Shown here: positions 27,416 through 39,795 of the stretch, one piece after another | Layout: every line of letters starts with the position of its first letter | Numbering within the stretch: position 1 is the first letter of the stretch | DNA from: Octopus sinensis | Taxonomy: Eukaryota | Length of the DNA: 64,000 nucleotides | Direction: 5' to 3' | Assembly: GCF_006345805.1 (NCBI RefSeq) | Contig: NC_042998.1 | Span: 104,036,001-104,100,000, forward strand | Notes under the pieces: model-generated | Databases searched by the model: none | The model's input: only the letters and a program-made list of their open reading frames with translations | What the model was told of the DNA's origin: nothing | Program-made: the position numbers and the translations under genes

Positions 27416-28541
27416 CCTAATTTCTCAGCTCTTAACTATAGAACAGTGATATTAATTACATCACACAATATTCAGTTTATGTCAAACAATTGTTTACTTT
27501 TGTCCATTGAAAATAGTATTTAAAGATTATATAATGTAATAGATCAGAATAAAAATTTCTTGCAAATTCAGTCCGAAGTCGTTTTGATTGAGTACATACA
27601 CAGACGCCCATATACACGTATAAATATACACAAACACACACATACACATGCACAGACGTACATGTAAACTCACATGCCTTAGCCATTCTTTAATATTGTT
27701 CACCTATTACGGTACCAAGGAACACTTGTAACGCGTATATTTATATCAATTCTTGTACTGTGTGGTAGAGTGAATCTGTGTGTATGAATGTGTACGCGTG
27801 TTAACGTGTGGAAAATTTCGTGTGTGAAGACAAATATTTCTTGAGTCATGAAATTTTGATAAATTATTATAGGTACTGTCCTTTACCATACCTAACTAAA
27901 CCATTAAACAATTGTCGTTGTTGTTCTTGAAAAATTAAAAACGAAATGTAACATACATACATATCTATTTACACAGTTGACTATTTATATAAATCCGTAC
28001 ACAGAATCACACACAGTGGAGGCTTCGATGAAACTGTAACGTGTTACTCAAGCACTCAACCATGAGACAACTGCATCCTACTGCAGAAACAGCTGTAAGC
28101 TAATGGAGTTCATAAGAAAATTGTTTATTTCTTTATCATCTCATTTTCTTGCACGTATGTGTGTGTTCATATGTAAATAAAATAAAATGCAAAGGATTCA
28201 CAATCGCTTTCCATTATAAGTATTCTGGGCTCGTCCGACTAAAGAAATAACTTGTCCAATGAATTAGTGTGTTTGTGAACGAGTACAACTCAGACATGTG
28301 AAATCTTAACGTATTCTAGTGCAAGATCGGTGTTACAAGGCCATCCCATACATTCACACAGTCTCTGTCTACTCAATTTCTTCACAAGACTTAGTTCGAC
28401 TCGAACTTATGGTAAAAAAATAAATAAAACACTTGCCAAAGATACCACACAGTCGGTTCCAAGCCTGAACTTCGTGATTAAGAAATGTCTTAACCACTTT
28501 ACCAAACATTTGTTATTAATACAAAACATGTATATATATAT

Positions 28542-28646
<105 letters not shown>

Positions 28647-28688
28647 TGTATATATATATAATATATGTGGTGTGTGTGTATGTGTGTG

Positions 28689-28806
28689 TGGAGGCGCAAT
28701 GGCCTAGTGGTTAAGGCAGCGGACTCGCGGTCGTAGGATCGCGGTTTCGATCCCCAGACCGGGCGTTGTGTGTGTTTATTGAGCGAAAAGACCTAAAAGC
28801 TCCACA
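28689..28806 (+). mobile_element. SINE family B, 5' part
   Basis: ggaggcgcaatggcctagtggttaaggcagcggactcgcggtcgtaggatcgcggtttcgatcccc. Confidence 0.85.
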
Positions 28807-28859
28807 TATGTGTTTGTATTGGTTTGTTTATGTTCTCGTAACTTATATGTGTGTATACA

Positions 28860-29397
28860 CTTTACTCTTTTATTTGTGTCAGCCATTTGACTACGACCAT
28901 GCTGGAGCACTGCCTTCAGTCGAACAATTCGACCCCAGGACTTAATCTTTGTAAGCCAAGTGTCTTATGCCGAACATACACCAGCATCGGTTGTCAAGCG
29001 ATGGTGGGGTACAAACACAGACATACAAGCATATACAAGCACACAAACACACACATATACAACGGACTTCTTTCAGTTTCCGTCTACCAAATCCACTCAC
29101 AAGGCTTTAGTCGGTCCGACGCTATAGTAGAAGACACTTGCTCAAGGTGCCACGCAGTGGGACTGAATCCAGAACCATGTGGTTGGTAACAAGCTACTTA
29201 CCACACAGCCACTCCTGTGCCGATGAAAAAAGGCAATTTTCAGGTTTCTTTCAGTTTCCGTCTACCAAATCTGTCGATAGGGTTTTGATCGGCTCAAGGC
29301 TATGGTAAAAGACACTTGCCCAAGGTACCACGCAGTGGCACTGAACCCGAAACCATGTCGTTGGGAAAGAAACTTCTCCTCACACAGCCGCGCCTGT
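28860..29397 (-). mobile_element. Two tandem SINE family A copies (28860-29220 and partial 29245-29397)
   Basis: Reverse complement match to 8262-8660. Confidence 0.85.
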
Positions 29398-29659
29398 CTC
29401 TGCTGGCTTTTTTGTTGCTTTTTTAATCGTTACTTTTAGCTATTTATCTGTTATTTCATTCTGTGTCATTGTCTCAACTTGATCACTTATTGTCCCTTTT
29501 CGTGAAGAGCAAAAGTACAAGACAAACAAACAATAAATATACAAAATCTAGGATCTGAAGAAAAAGTCTAAAATAAAATATAAATTCAAAGAAAAACGAA
29601 GGGAAAATAAATTGTAGAAAGAAAAGCAAAACATCATGAAAATTTTAAAAAATAGCGGT

Positions 29660-29904
29660 GCCGATGGTGGTGGTGGTGGTGGTGTGGTGGTGGTGGTGGT
29701 GGTGATGACGACAACGACGACGATGATGATGACGATGATGACGACAACGACGATGACGACAACAACGACAGCATGAAAAAGAAGAAGAAAAAGAAGAAGA
29801 AGAAGAAGAAGAGAAGAAGAAGAAGAAGAAAAGAAGAAGAAGAAGAAGAAGAATTTATACATTTAATTATTTGATGATGATGGTGATGACGACGATGAGG
29901 ATGT

Positions 29905-29937
<33 letters not shown>

Positions 29938-30437
29938 CGACGACGACGTCGATTATAATGATGATGACGATAATGATTTTACCATCATCACATCATCATT
30001 ATCGTTAGCATTACTAATAATAAAGTAAAAAAAAAATCTAAGATGGTGCATCTGGCCAGAATTGATGGGAGAAGAGAAAGAAAAAGGAATGGAAGCAATT
30101 TGGACAGATATTCCATTTTTCGAATTGAAGTTGGATACAATTATATGATATGGCCAAGCATAAACTATGTGTAGGGAGACGGAGGAGACTGAGGCGAAGC
30201 TTTGGTGTGGTGTTGGATCGGTTGGGAAGATGTTTAGTATTGTGGATGATATGGGTAGGAATGGGGAATAAAGGGAGAGGAAGAAAGTGAGAAAGAGAGA
30301 GAAGGGGGAGAGAGGGGGATAGTATGATGATAATAACGCGTTTGCTTGGATAACGTCATCTAAAAGGAAGCGAAAAGCAAAAGATGTGTAAGGGATATGT
30401 GACAGTCAGGAGACTGGTACAGCAAGAAAGAGTCAGA

Positions 30438-30485
<48 letters not shown>

Positions 30486-30826
30486 GAGTGAAAGAGAAAT
30501 GGACAGAAATGGAGAGAAGCAAAGAGAGAGATTCATTTACAAATGCGCTGATAAAGATGAGTCGCTGTTGATGATGATAATGATGATGAAGACGATGATG
30601 ATGATGATGATGATGATGATAATGAAGAGGAGGGAGAGGAAGAGGTAGATGGTCATAGTGAAAGTGGTGGTAATGGGGGTAGTATGCGTAGTTGTGTTAG
30701 TGGTGATTATCATTGTTGTTGTGGTTGTTGCAGTTGTAGTGGTGCTAGTAATAGTAGTAGTAATAGTAGTAGTAGTAGTAGTAGTAGTAGTATTGGTGAT
30801 GGTGTTGGTGGTGGTTGTGGTAGTAA

Positions 30827-30901
<75 letters not shown>

Positions 30902-30925
30902 GGTAACGATGGTGGTGGTGATGAA
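29660..30925. repeat. Cluster of trinucleotide and dinucleotide arrays (GGT, GAC/GAT, GAA, GA, TAG)
   Basis: Direct reading. Confidence 0.9.
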
Positions 30926-31059
30926 GATGACGGCGATAGAATTGGTGATAAAAATAAAGAAAGACTGGGAGGAAGCAAATTAGGTGACTGTGAAGTGGCG
31001 GTCGTAGGTGGAGGTACGGTAATGAAGGGCGAAAGGGGCGAGCTGATTCGATGAATAGA

Positions 31060-31200
31060 AGGCAGTTTGCTTGCTATAAAAGGGACATTCTCAATCTGTG
31101 ACCAATGACGATCAATCATAGCCAATCATTAACATTCCAAACGTGGCAGCTCAAAACGCATCACTAAGTGCGCATGTCCAACACCGACCGGGACAATTGT
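31060..31200. promoter_or_regulatory. Candidate promoter/enhancer: TATA-like element plus phased CCAAT/TCAAT boxes
   Basis: gctataaaagg at ~31073; YCAAT at 31091, 31102, 31112, 31122; unique sequence between simple repeats. Confidence 0.4.
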
Positions 31201-33529
31201 AACACAAAGAATGGGGTGTATGCCTCGCAACCTTGTTTTGTCTATTTTCCCCCATTTTTTTTCCTAAATTTTTTCTCGCTAGTTTTGTTGTTGTAGTTGT
31301 TGTTACGGTGGTACTAATGGTCATTATTATTGTAATAGTACTAGTTGTCGTATTTGCTGTTGCGATTATTTTTTGTTTTTTTCTTGGCGGTGGGGGGGAG
31401 CTTTCAATTATATTTGTTGAGTAATCCTCTTCATGATAATACTATTGTTCTCTCTACTTTCTCATTCCCCTCTCTACCTCTTGCTCTTTCTCCCCTTCTC
31501 TCTCTCTCTCTCTATCCCTCTCACTCTCCCTATCTTTCTTCCTCTCTTTCTCTCTTATATCTGATATTGCTCTTCTTTGATTTTAACGTTTTTGTTCTAA
31601 AGAAAATCTGTTTTTTTTTAGCGGTGTTAATGGTGGTGTTGTTATTGTTATTGTTGATGACTACGAGGTCATCCGTTGTCCTTGTCATCCGGCTCTGTCA
31701 GTTTTTGTTCATTTTTTGCTTGCTTCTTCATTTCTATCATTTGAATTCATTGCTACTTCCTATGTTTTAGTTGTTATTTTTGTTGTTGCTATTTTATTGT
31801 TACTTTTTTTTATATATTTTTTGTGTAAAGGAATATGTTTGGGGTGAAACTGAAGTGGCTGTAATGGATGCTTGTCGCATTAGCAAGGCACTTTATTCTT
31901 AATTTATATCTCGTTTTGTTTTCTGAAAGAGAGTGATTTTGTAGAATCGTTATAGTTAGTGTCAAATGATGGATTTTATCAACGTGATCCCCGCTCTTCT
32001 TCCCATAAAAAAAAATATATAATAGCAGGGAAGATGGAATCACTCTTCAGAAAAAGTGCTATAGATAGACTCCTGGCTTGAGCATCACCAGGAATATACA
32101 ACTAAATGAAAGTATATTTTGTGTGGGATGTACACCTTTTTGAAAGAATTGTCAGCTATAAAAACGCGGAAATGCCTGTTTAGGATAATACTCGTTGACG
32201 GAGGCAAATAAAACTACAGGATTTAATCCCATCCATATGTAAAAAGTGATCTTCTACTCTTTTCATCTTGAACGATGTTGAGATTTGGATGTACCTGGGT
32301 TGGAGTGAGGGTCAGCTTGGAGAATTGCTAAGCAATTTAAATATACATGCATAAGCGATTAGCGAAGTCAGTATTTCGGAGAGATTACTTGCACTTCTAG
32401 CCGACAACACGGTCTTAAATTGTGTGTTGAGTAACAAAACGGACACAGTGTCAGTTTTCCTAAAGAAAATCTACATCTCCAGAAGCAGATGATGTTTGTG
32501 AACCCAGATAGTAAGCTGACGTTGGCAGACATCACGTGAAGGCATGTTATCACGTGGTTAGTTCGATACCTGAATTCGACAGCGCTTTCTGTCTCAAGGA
32601 CGCTTCGTTTCAGATTACTCCAGTTAACTGAGCTCCAGGTGAGTTCCAAGTTGCGTCTACTGCAGACTGGAGCATTATGGAGTATTTGCTCCAAATCTTG
32701 CAAGTGCAAAATATCTAATACACTTCATGGCTACGACACACTGACTGCCTGGAAGGACCAAGAATAAGTAACCGGGTACCAGAGACTGGTTGCCGTTTAT
32801 GCAACGATAGAAGCCGGGTCATTAGAATTCTCCCGTAGTCTAGAAACTCCCCTGTGGTAATTCAGTTCATTTGTATAAATGGGCGATTGGTTCCATATCT
32901 TAAATCCCGCTGGAATAGTATAAGCGTAGAAAATTGAAAGAAAGTTAATTCAAAGCTCCTAAGATGTTAGTCCGTATCAGCTATCATTGAAATGTCTCAT
33001 GAGTAGTCAGGATACACCAATATGGACTTAAGTAATCATGTCATATCATCATACAATTTTTCTTATATGTGTACGGTGGGATATACACAGAGCACAAGTT
33101 TCTTTTATGCACGGGCTGTTTAAGAAGGTATTCTAGACAGAGAAGTGGATACTGGAAGCTGGAGTTGTTCTCTGTACGAAAAAGATCTACAGGGTCTGGT
33201 TTAGCAGACTGGAATTTATTAGCAATACATATTCTGAAGTTTTGCCGCGAAACATATCAGTAGAATAGTGTGCGCGCGCATGTATGTGTGTGCGTGTGCG
33301 TGTGTGCGCGCGCGTTGTGTGTGTATGTACACACACGTATGTATGTATGTTGCGTGTGTGTATATGTATGTATGCATATGTATAAATATATTTATGCATG
33401 CCGGTATGTTAACGAATTTTCTGAAGATTTTTGACAATATATTACGGAGTAATTTTTTTTCTCCGATTAAGTAAATTTCCAGACGAATTTTAGCGACTTT
33501 CAAGGACTTTCTACGGTTGGTCACATGTT

Positions 33530-35200
33530 TTTTGCTTTTTTCTGTCTTTGTTTTATTTTTTTTTTTTTTGCGAATTTTATGAATTGAGAAATTTAGAATG
33601 CGGCGATTTTCAGTATACTTAAATATTTCTTTAACTTTGAGGGATTCTGAGAATTCTTATACAGTTTGTAATTTTCAGGATTTTTTTTTACATATTTTGG
33701 TTAAATTTCTGTCATATGCGATGTTTCAAAATGTTTTTAATTGTTTTTGTTAAAAAGTGCCTTTTCTCATACTCCACAGATTTTTAATGGTTTTCGAATT
33801 TCAGAATTATTAACATTCTGCTAAAATGATTCTGCTGATTTGGTGCTTCCGATCATTTGTGAAAACTATTTTTTTCCGTAAGATGGTGGCTCACAACGAG
33901 GCAAACTTTGAAAACGTTTTCTTATTTTCGTGAATTTTTATGATTAGTCAATTTTCGATATTTGAAGGTTCTTTCAGAATGCGTGAGAAATTTTCATTTT
34001 TTTGGACGACATATTCTATTCAGTTTCAAAGTTTTTACAAATTTTTGATTTTTACGATTTTTCAACAATTAGAAATACTTAGTTTTAATGTTGAAGATTA
34101 TATTTTTACTTTTTATTGTGAGGAATTCTGCAAAATTTTGTTAATTTTTCATAATTTTGTAATATTAAAAATAATATTAAGTTTGTTTTTCTTTTAGTAT
34201 AATTATTATTTTTGTTGTGATTGATTCCTTCCTGGTGATTTTGACAAGTTTCGATTATTCATAATATATTTTTAATGTTTTGGAGGGGTTTTCGAGTGTA
34301 ATTGTTATGAATTTTTCTCTCGATACTAGGTCTTTTTGAGAATTCAACAATTTTTGAGAATTTTTGTTGAATTTTTAAAATTTCATATTTACTTTATGAT
34401 TTTTTAAATATTTTATGTTTCTAAGAAACTTTGAAAAGTTGCTATTATTTTTCATGGATTTTATTGATTTAACGATTTTTTTAAGGGGGAGGATTTTGAA
34501 AGATTTCTGAATTTTTGCGTTTTCTCTTGATCCTTTGAGAAATATTTGGCATGAGGCGAAGAAAACATTTTTGGCAATTTTTGCATATTAAAATCATTTG
34601 TTAAAATATGAGAGATTTGGGAGGGATGTTTTTATGGTTTTGAAGAATATTTTTCCTCTTTTCAATTTTTTAAGGTTTGTGGAATTTTTCATAAAGCTAT
34701 AGGATTTTTTTTATTATTTTGAGGATTTTCATTATTTTTCATGATTTTATGATTTAAAAAGATATTTGAGCATTTGTAAGAATTTGAGACGATTTTTGAT
34801 ACCTTTTATAGAATGTTAGCATTTTTTTCGTTTGATTTTCAGGGTTTTTGATTTTTAACGACTTTTGATAATATTTCAGAAATTTTTATTTATACATTTA
34901 TTGATTTTGAGGAATTTTAATAGATTTTGATCATTATTTTCTGATCCTTATTTTATACTCTTACGGGGTTTCAAGGATATTTTTGATACTTATTTCCTTA
35001 CAACAGTGTGGATTATTTGGACTTTTGGTAATTTTTGACGATGCTTGAGTAATTTCGTTTTCTTTTCGTTTTCTTGCTTTTATTTTAAGAATTTTAAAGC
35101 ATTTTTGAGTATTTATTCTTCTATTGATTTTGAATAATTTTATAGAATATTTGGCAATTTTCGCTGGATTTTAACAATTTAAAATTAGATATTTAGAATT
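33530..35200 (+). repeat. Low-complexity block of periodically spaced T-tracts
   Basis: T3-T7 runs recur every ~8-11 bp, almost all on the + strand; stops are frequent in the minus-strand frames sampled. Confidence 0.7.
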
Positions 35201-36437
35201 TTGGGTAATGTATCATCATTATCGAGGGATTTTACAATCTTTTCAATGGACATCGAACAGAGCAGGGTGTATTGAAATATATCTGCTATTCTTAACTGTG
35301 GATAAGTTGAGAAAGCAAGATGAGGTGGTGCTTTTATACCATATCCATCGGATAGTATTGCAATACATAGCTGAAAGTCAGGAACATGCGCAAAGATCCC
35401 GATTAAAGAGGCATTTCACGCTGACGGAGATCTTTCGCTCGTTGTCATGACCACTAGTCTATCTGGGTGGGATAGTGTATGATGGGAGTCGATTCAGTTG
35501 CTATATGTGTTGTTGTGAAGGTCGTTTGAGTGTCTCCTGCTAATAAGAAGTTAAATAAAATAAAAAGTGGAAACCGAGGTGCGGTGGTGGTAGCAGGAAC
35601 AACATTAACAGGCTACGGCGTTTGGTGTTGGTTCTGATTCTATCTGTGTTACGGTTCCTCACACCTTAGTGGATGATGTATTCTTTAATTAAATATATAT
35701 TTCCCCTCATCTCCTAATTCACAAATCATTATCATTTTGGGAAAATGGAAATAGAATGTATTATAGCTATGCAATTTTTTTAAAGTGACGATTTAAGTGG
35801 AGAAAAACGGCAGGTAGTTTAACTGATCTGTCAAGTTTAACATAAAGCAACCGTATATATTTTTATCAGAGTTCATTCTCTTGCAGCAGAGTGACCAATA
35901 GCTACTTTTTTGGTAAATCAATTTCATAATGTAGTATGACCGTACACTGAAATATTTTCGGTCCTCTTATGGCTACTAACTCACACTTTAGAGAGGTACA
36001 ATTGTCCATACTTTTACGTTTTCTTTTTTTCTGTTTTCTTTTTCTAAACTTTGATACCAAGGGGAAATGAGTCCAATATATTTTTTTTTTTTCGGGACTA
36101 TCCTGAAGGCGATAGATTTAAGCAGAACACACCTAATATAAATCACCTAATTTCGATTCCAGTTACTTTATATTGGTTACTTTATACTTGGGAGCGGAAA
36201 ACATGAATGTTTTAGAATCGTATGTTTTCTTACCTTTATAAATGTGAGGTCTAAAAATGCAATATAAATGTGAGGTCTAAAAATGCAATATAAATGCTTC
36301 GCTTTTAAAATCATATGAGTAACAACTTATTTGATAATATAATGTGAAAATCATAAAACAAGAGTAACAGATTAAGAATTAGTTGTCAGTTTAGCGGGCG
36401 CTCAACTACTGAGCCCACCTATCTATATATTCTTACT

Positions 36438-36812
36438 GGCGCAATAACCCAGTGGTTAGGGCAGCGGATCGCAGTCGTAGGATCGCGGCTTCGATTTCCA
36501 GACCGGGCGTTGTGAGTTTTTATTGAGCGAAAACATCTAAAGCTCCACGAGACTCAGGCAGGGGTGGGTTGACTAGCTGTATTCTTTCACCACAATTATC
36601 TCTCTCATTCTTTCTTTCTGTTTCTGTTGTACCTGTATTTCAAAGGGCCAGCCTTATCACACTCTGTGTCACGCTGAATCTCCCTGAGAACTACGTTAAG
36701 GGTACACGTATCTGTGGAGTGCTCAGCCACGTGCACGTTAATTTCACGAGCAGACTGCTCCGTTGATCGGATCAACTGGAACCCTTGTCGTTGTAACCGA
36801 TGGAATGCCACG
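36438..36812 (+). mobile_element. SINE family B, near full length
   Basis: tRNA-like head, then body ...gggccagccttatcacactctgtg...ggaacccttgtcgttgtaaccgatggaatgcc. Confidence 0.85.
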
Positions 36813-37227
36813 ATATCTTCTTACTGATGCTATTATCACTCCTCGATGCCGGGACTGTAAACAATAATGTAGAAATTACCAATGCTTACTTTTGCTTGTA
36901 AGTGTTGAATTCCTTTCTTTATTTCTAAAGTGTCAACGTATATACCAGATGACGCCTTATCAGCTTAGCTCTACAGAAGTTTGAGATATGTACTTTGTCG
37001 TGCGAGGAAGGTTTTATTGTGTTTTTTTAACTAACTTAGCTAAGCCACAAGAGTACGAGTACTCAAATTCTTGACACAGATTCTCTGCCTGACACGTCTT
37101 TCAATTCTCTCAGCAAAACTCCTGCGAGTGGCATCAATAACATCTTCTGTTTCTTTCTCTTGAAAGGTCAGATTTTATTCATGTAATAAAATAGGAATGG
37201 ATAACTAAAATAAAAGAGAGATGTGAC

Positions 37228-37228
37228 G

Positions 37229-37264
<36 letters not shown>

Positions 37265-37730
37265 TAGTAGTAGTAGTAGTGGTGGTGGTGGTGGTGGTAG
37301 TAGTAGGAGGAGGAGGAGGAGGATGGGGCGGAGGAGGAGGAGGAGGCAATGTAGTGATATCGTTACCTCTCGAATTTTCTTTATTAGTAATGTTGCTGGC
37401 GTGTTGTATTTTCTCTTTATATATATATATTTCACGCGTTTTATTGATCTAGCCGTCAATATTGATGCTGTTATTGTTATAGATGGCGTTTTTGGCCATT
37501 GTCAACAACTATGAAAAAGACAACGATAACAACTAGCATATTACGGAGAATTTCAAATAACAAGATGAACACCCAAGGGAGAAATGAGAGAACGTATTCA
37601 GAAAGAGAGAGTGAATGAGGTGGTGGTGGTGGTGGTGGTGGTGGTGAATAAAAGAAACAAACAAGCAAACATACAAAGAAAGAAAGAAAGAAAGAAGAAA
37701 GAAAGAAAGAAAAAACGAAAGAAAGAACGA

Positions 37731-37790
<60 letters not shown>

Positions 37791-37818
37791 AGAAAGAAGA
37801 AAGAAAGAAAGAAAGAAA
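37228..37818. repeat. (TAG)n/(GGT)n/(GGA)n and (GAAA)n arrays
   Basis: Direct reading. Confidence 0.9.
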
Positions 37819-38111
37819 CCGCAAGGTAACTGACTGACTGAATTTTGGAATGAATAACTGATTGAAAGAAAGAATGAGAAAAGAAATGAAAAAGGAAACA
37901 GCTATGCAGTGAATGAGAATGTCAGGGACGAAGAGAAGCAGAAAAAGAGTGAGAAAGAATAAGAGAAAATGAAAGAATTAAGGGAAGAATAGATAAGTGA
38001 TTGCATTGCATACGTTAATAACCCGGATGTGATAATGAAATGAAGAGGAGAGAATTATTGAATGACAGTTGACATTGCGGAGAGAGGATGGGAGTGATAA
38101 AGATAGAGAAG

Positions 38112-38161
<50 letters not shown>

Positions 38162-39038
38162 GGTTGTAAAGTGTGTTTGTATATGTGAGCGTGAGGGTGG
38201 AGTGCTGGAGGTCAGACATTCTATAAACATAAAATAATAGCGAAACGGCAAAAGGAGCATTTTTTTTTATCTAATGAAGAAAATAAGGCAACAAACTAAA
38301 AAATGAAACATAACAAAACAATAATATAACAACAAACACAAAAACAGGAAGCCAAAAGAAAAGAACAAAAATATCTGGAAAATATCTACAAATAAACGAA
38401 CATGCAAAAGAAGGAAATAAATAACTACCATGATTCTTCCTATTTCGAACCTTCTTCCCACCCATTCGCATCAATACCCACAACGAAAAAAAAAATGAAG
38501 AGAAGAGAGGGAGAGATAGGGGGAGAAGGAAGGAAAGGAAATGATGACGAGAATGATCCATAAAACAAGCATTAAATGGCGTCAAGTTTATTCATTTGTC
38601 GTTTGTCATCTGATTTACAAATGAATCACCAGCTGCAGTAGATACATTACCACCATCGCCATTACATCCTCTTCCTCATCCCTCATTCCCTCCTTCACCT
38701 GCTCCCCTCGTTTACTTTATGTTATTTTTTTTCATTGTTTGTATTTTTGTTGGGTCTTTTTTTTTAGTTTTTTTTTGGTATTTTTCATGGGCAAGTTGTT
38801 CTTAGGTCTTTCATTTCTTTCATTTTAATCCCGCAGACAAGCAGTATAATTTCTTATCAACCCAAACCAATGACCAGTAAATCCCTCCACTAGCACCACT
38901 AATACAACCATTAACACTGCTACTAAATCGACTGTGAACAAGGGAACTCCGATGTTGTAAACAGTTCTGATTGAAATACTTCACAAATATCTGTCATATC
39001 TGATACCGTCTTAAAAGTAGGAAACGGATACATTAGAC

Positions 39039-39310
39039 CAGTGGTTCTCAGCCATTTTTTGCCTATGGGCCCCTTTGATTCCTATTTTGTTCCACTAGAC
39101 CTCCGTAACTATTCAATGTGTATTTTTTTAAATCCGATAATACTTTTCATATCTATTTTTTATGGTTAAATATTATTAAGAATTGTATAAAAAGAAACAT
39201 ATTTTGTATATTTTGTGTAGAAGTATGAGCAAATTAGTGCAGATATATTTTAACAGAAAAATCTTATATGGACCCCCAAATGTCATAAGGACCCCTACTG
39301 ATAACCACTT
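39039..39310. mobile_element. hAT-type MITE
   Basis: TIR cagtggttctca / tgataaccactt; 8-bp TSD CATTAGAC/CATTAGAT; shares the internal segment aaaatagGaatcaaaggg with 58391-58732 in the opposite orientation. Confidence 0.8.
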
Positions 39311-39430
39311 CATTAGATATTTACACCAATATGCTCCTAAAAACACGTGATGTGGTAATGCTGCAACGCTTTTCATCATAAATCGGACATAACTGTCGGA
39401 CTTAGCTTGAAACTAATCAACAACAATAAC

Positions 39431-39505
39431 GGGCATATGGCGTAGTGGTTAAGAGCACGGGCTACTAAACACAAGATTCCGAGTTCGATTCCACGCAATG
39501 ATCTG
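39431..39505 (+). pseudogene. tRNA-derived head with Pol III A- and B-boxes (copy 1)
   Basis: tggcgtagtgg (A-box), gagttcgattcc (B-box), anticodon-like loop ctactaa; no acceptor stem. Confidence 0.75.
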
Positions 39506-39579
<74 letters not shown>

Positions 39580-39583
<4 letters not shown>

Positions 39584-39725
39584 AACCCAGGTTCGAAATT
39601 TCCCCAAGACACCCGATGAAGGCCGAAAACGTTGTGTTCACAACAAACAAGATGAGGACAAATATCCGTCAAATGTAAATAATGTAAATAATGTACATAA
39701 TTCCTCATCTCTTAAATATAGAACT
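39580..39725 (+). mobile_element. HHR-bearing Penelope-like terminal repeat with stem II deleted
   Basis: gacac-CCGATGA-a-GGCC-GAAAAC-GT-T-gtgtt; same family as the 27.1-27.4 kb arms; followed by a 27-bp unit repeated three times (39716-39795). Confidence 0.75.
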
Positions 39726-39795
39726 GCATTATCTAGTCGGTATTATAGAACTGTATTATCTAGTCGGTAATATAGAACTGTATTATCTAGTCGGC

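Noticed and set aside
38590-38627. 10-bp inverted repeat attcatttgt/acaaatgaat with Pbx-Hox/Meis-like motifs
   Set aside because: Short motifs are expected by chance in AT-rich DNA; no way to assess conservation here
39431-39505. Functional tRNA gene (also 17200-17350, 28689, 36438, 42136, 50686)
   Set aside because: No acceptor-stem pairing, and the heads run into SINE bodies or repeats; they are tRNA-derived heads only
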